From positions 1 through 33,392 of the IMG/VR virus record IMGVR_UViG_3300036824_000022: a stretch of 33,392 nucleotides of DNA. One strand, given 5' to 3'. The notes under the pieces are model-generated. The model did not search any database, was not told the DNA's origin, and worked only from the letters and a program-made list of their open reading frames with translations. This document shows, one piece after another, positions 33,341 to 33,392 of this stretch. The position numbers were made by a program, and so were the translations under genes. How positions within the stretch are numbered: the first letter of the stretch is position 1; every line of letters starts with the position of its first letter. The DNA is from a virus (lineage: Duplodnaviria; Caudoviricetes).

Positions 33341-33392
33341 TGGAACGATATAGGGGAGCGCAACCTGGAAATACCAACGCTGTGACGTACGG
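33340..33392 (+). CDS. Start of next gene (truncated)
   Basis: MERYRGAQPGNTNAVTY, TGATG-coupled and open to the window end. Confidence 0.5.
   Translation, partial: MERYRGAQPGNTNAVTY

Noticed and set aside
33340-33392. GAQPGNTNA motif suggesting a small terminase
   Set aside because: Only 17 codons visible; the motif also occurs in other phage proteins and a better-placed candidate lies next to terL.

Overview
Most of a tailed-phage (podovirus-type) genome, probably infecting an alphaproteobacterium. The host inference rests on a GAAC-N7-GAAC LexA-type box and CTTGAC-N17-TATAAT promoters. The left ~20 kb (minus strand) is a BPP-1-like morphogenesis operon: GIY-YIG nuclease, terminase, portal, Bbp19-like protein, scaffold, major capsid, Bbp16-like cement, fibre-like genes, and tail tubular proteins A and B. 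The right ~12.5 kb (plus strand) holds early micro-ORFs and a replication/recombination module: UvrD-like helicase, PD-(D/E)XK nuclease, HAD phosphatase, AAA/Sak4-like ATPase, SSB-like protein and an Acb2/Tad1-like protein. A palindromic control region at about 20.0-21.0 kb separates the arms. The standout observations are: (1) seven fibre/decoration-like genes in the virion operon carry export signals (six Sec, one Tat), five of them with even, mostly neighbouring cysteines, suggesting a periplasm-matured set of virion appendages; (2) a complete 75-nt tRNA(CAU) sits in frame inside a SWIM-finger gene; (3) seven unrelated proteins end in a shared hydrophobic-x-R-[RK]-hydrophobic C-terminal motif that overlaps the next gene's ribosome-binding site. 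All family calls are from motif recognition by eye; no searches were run.
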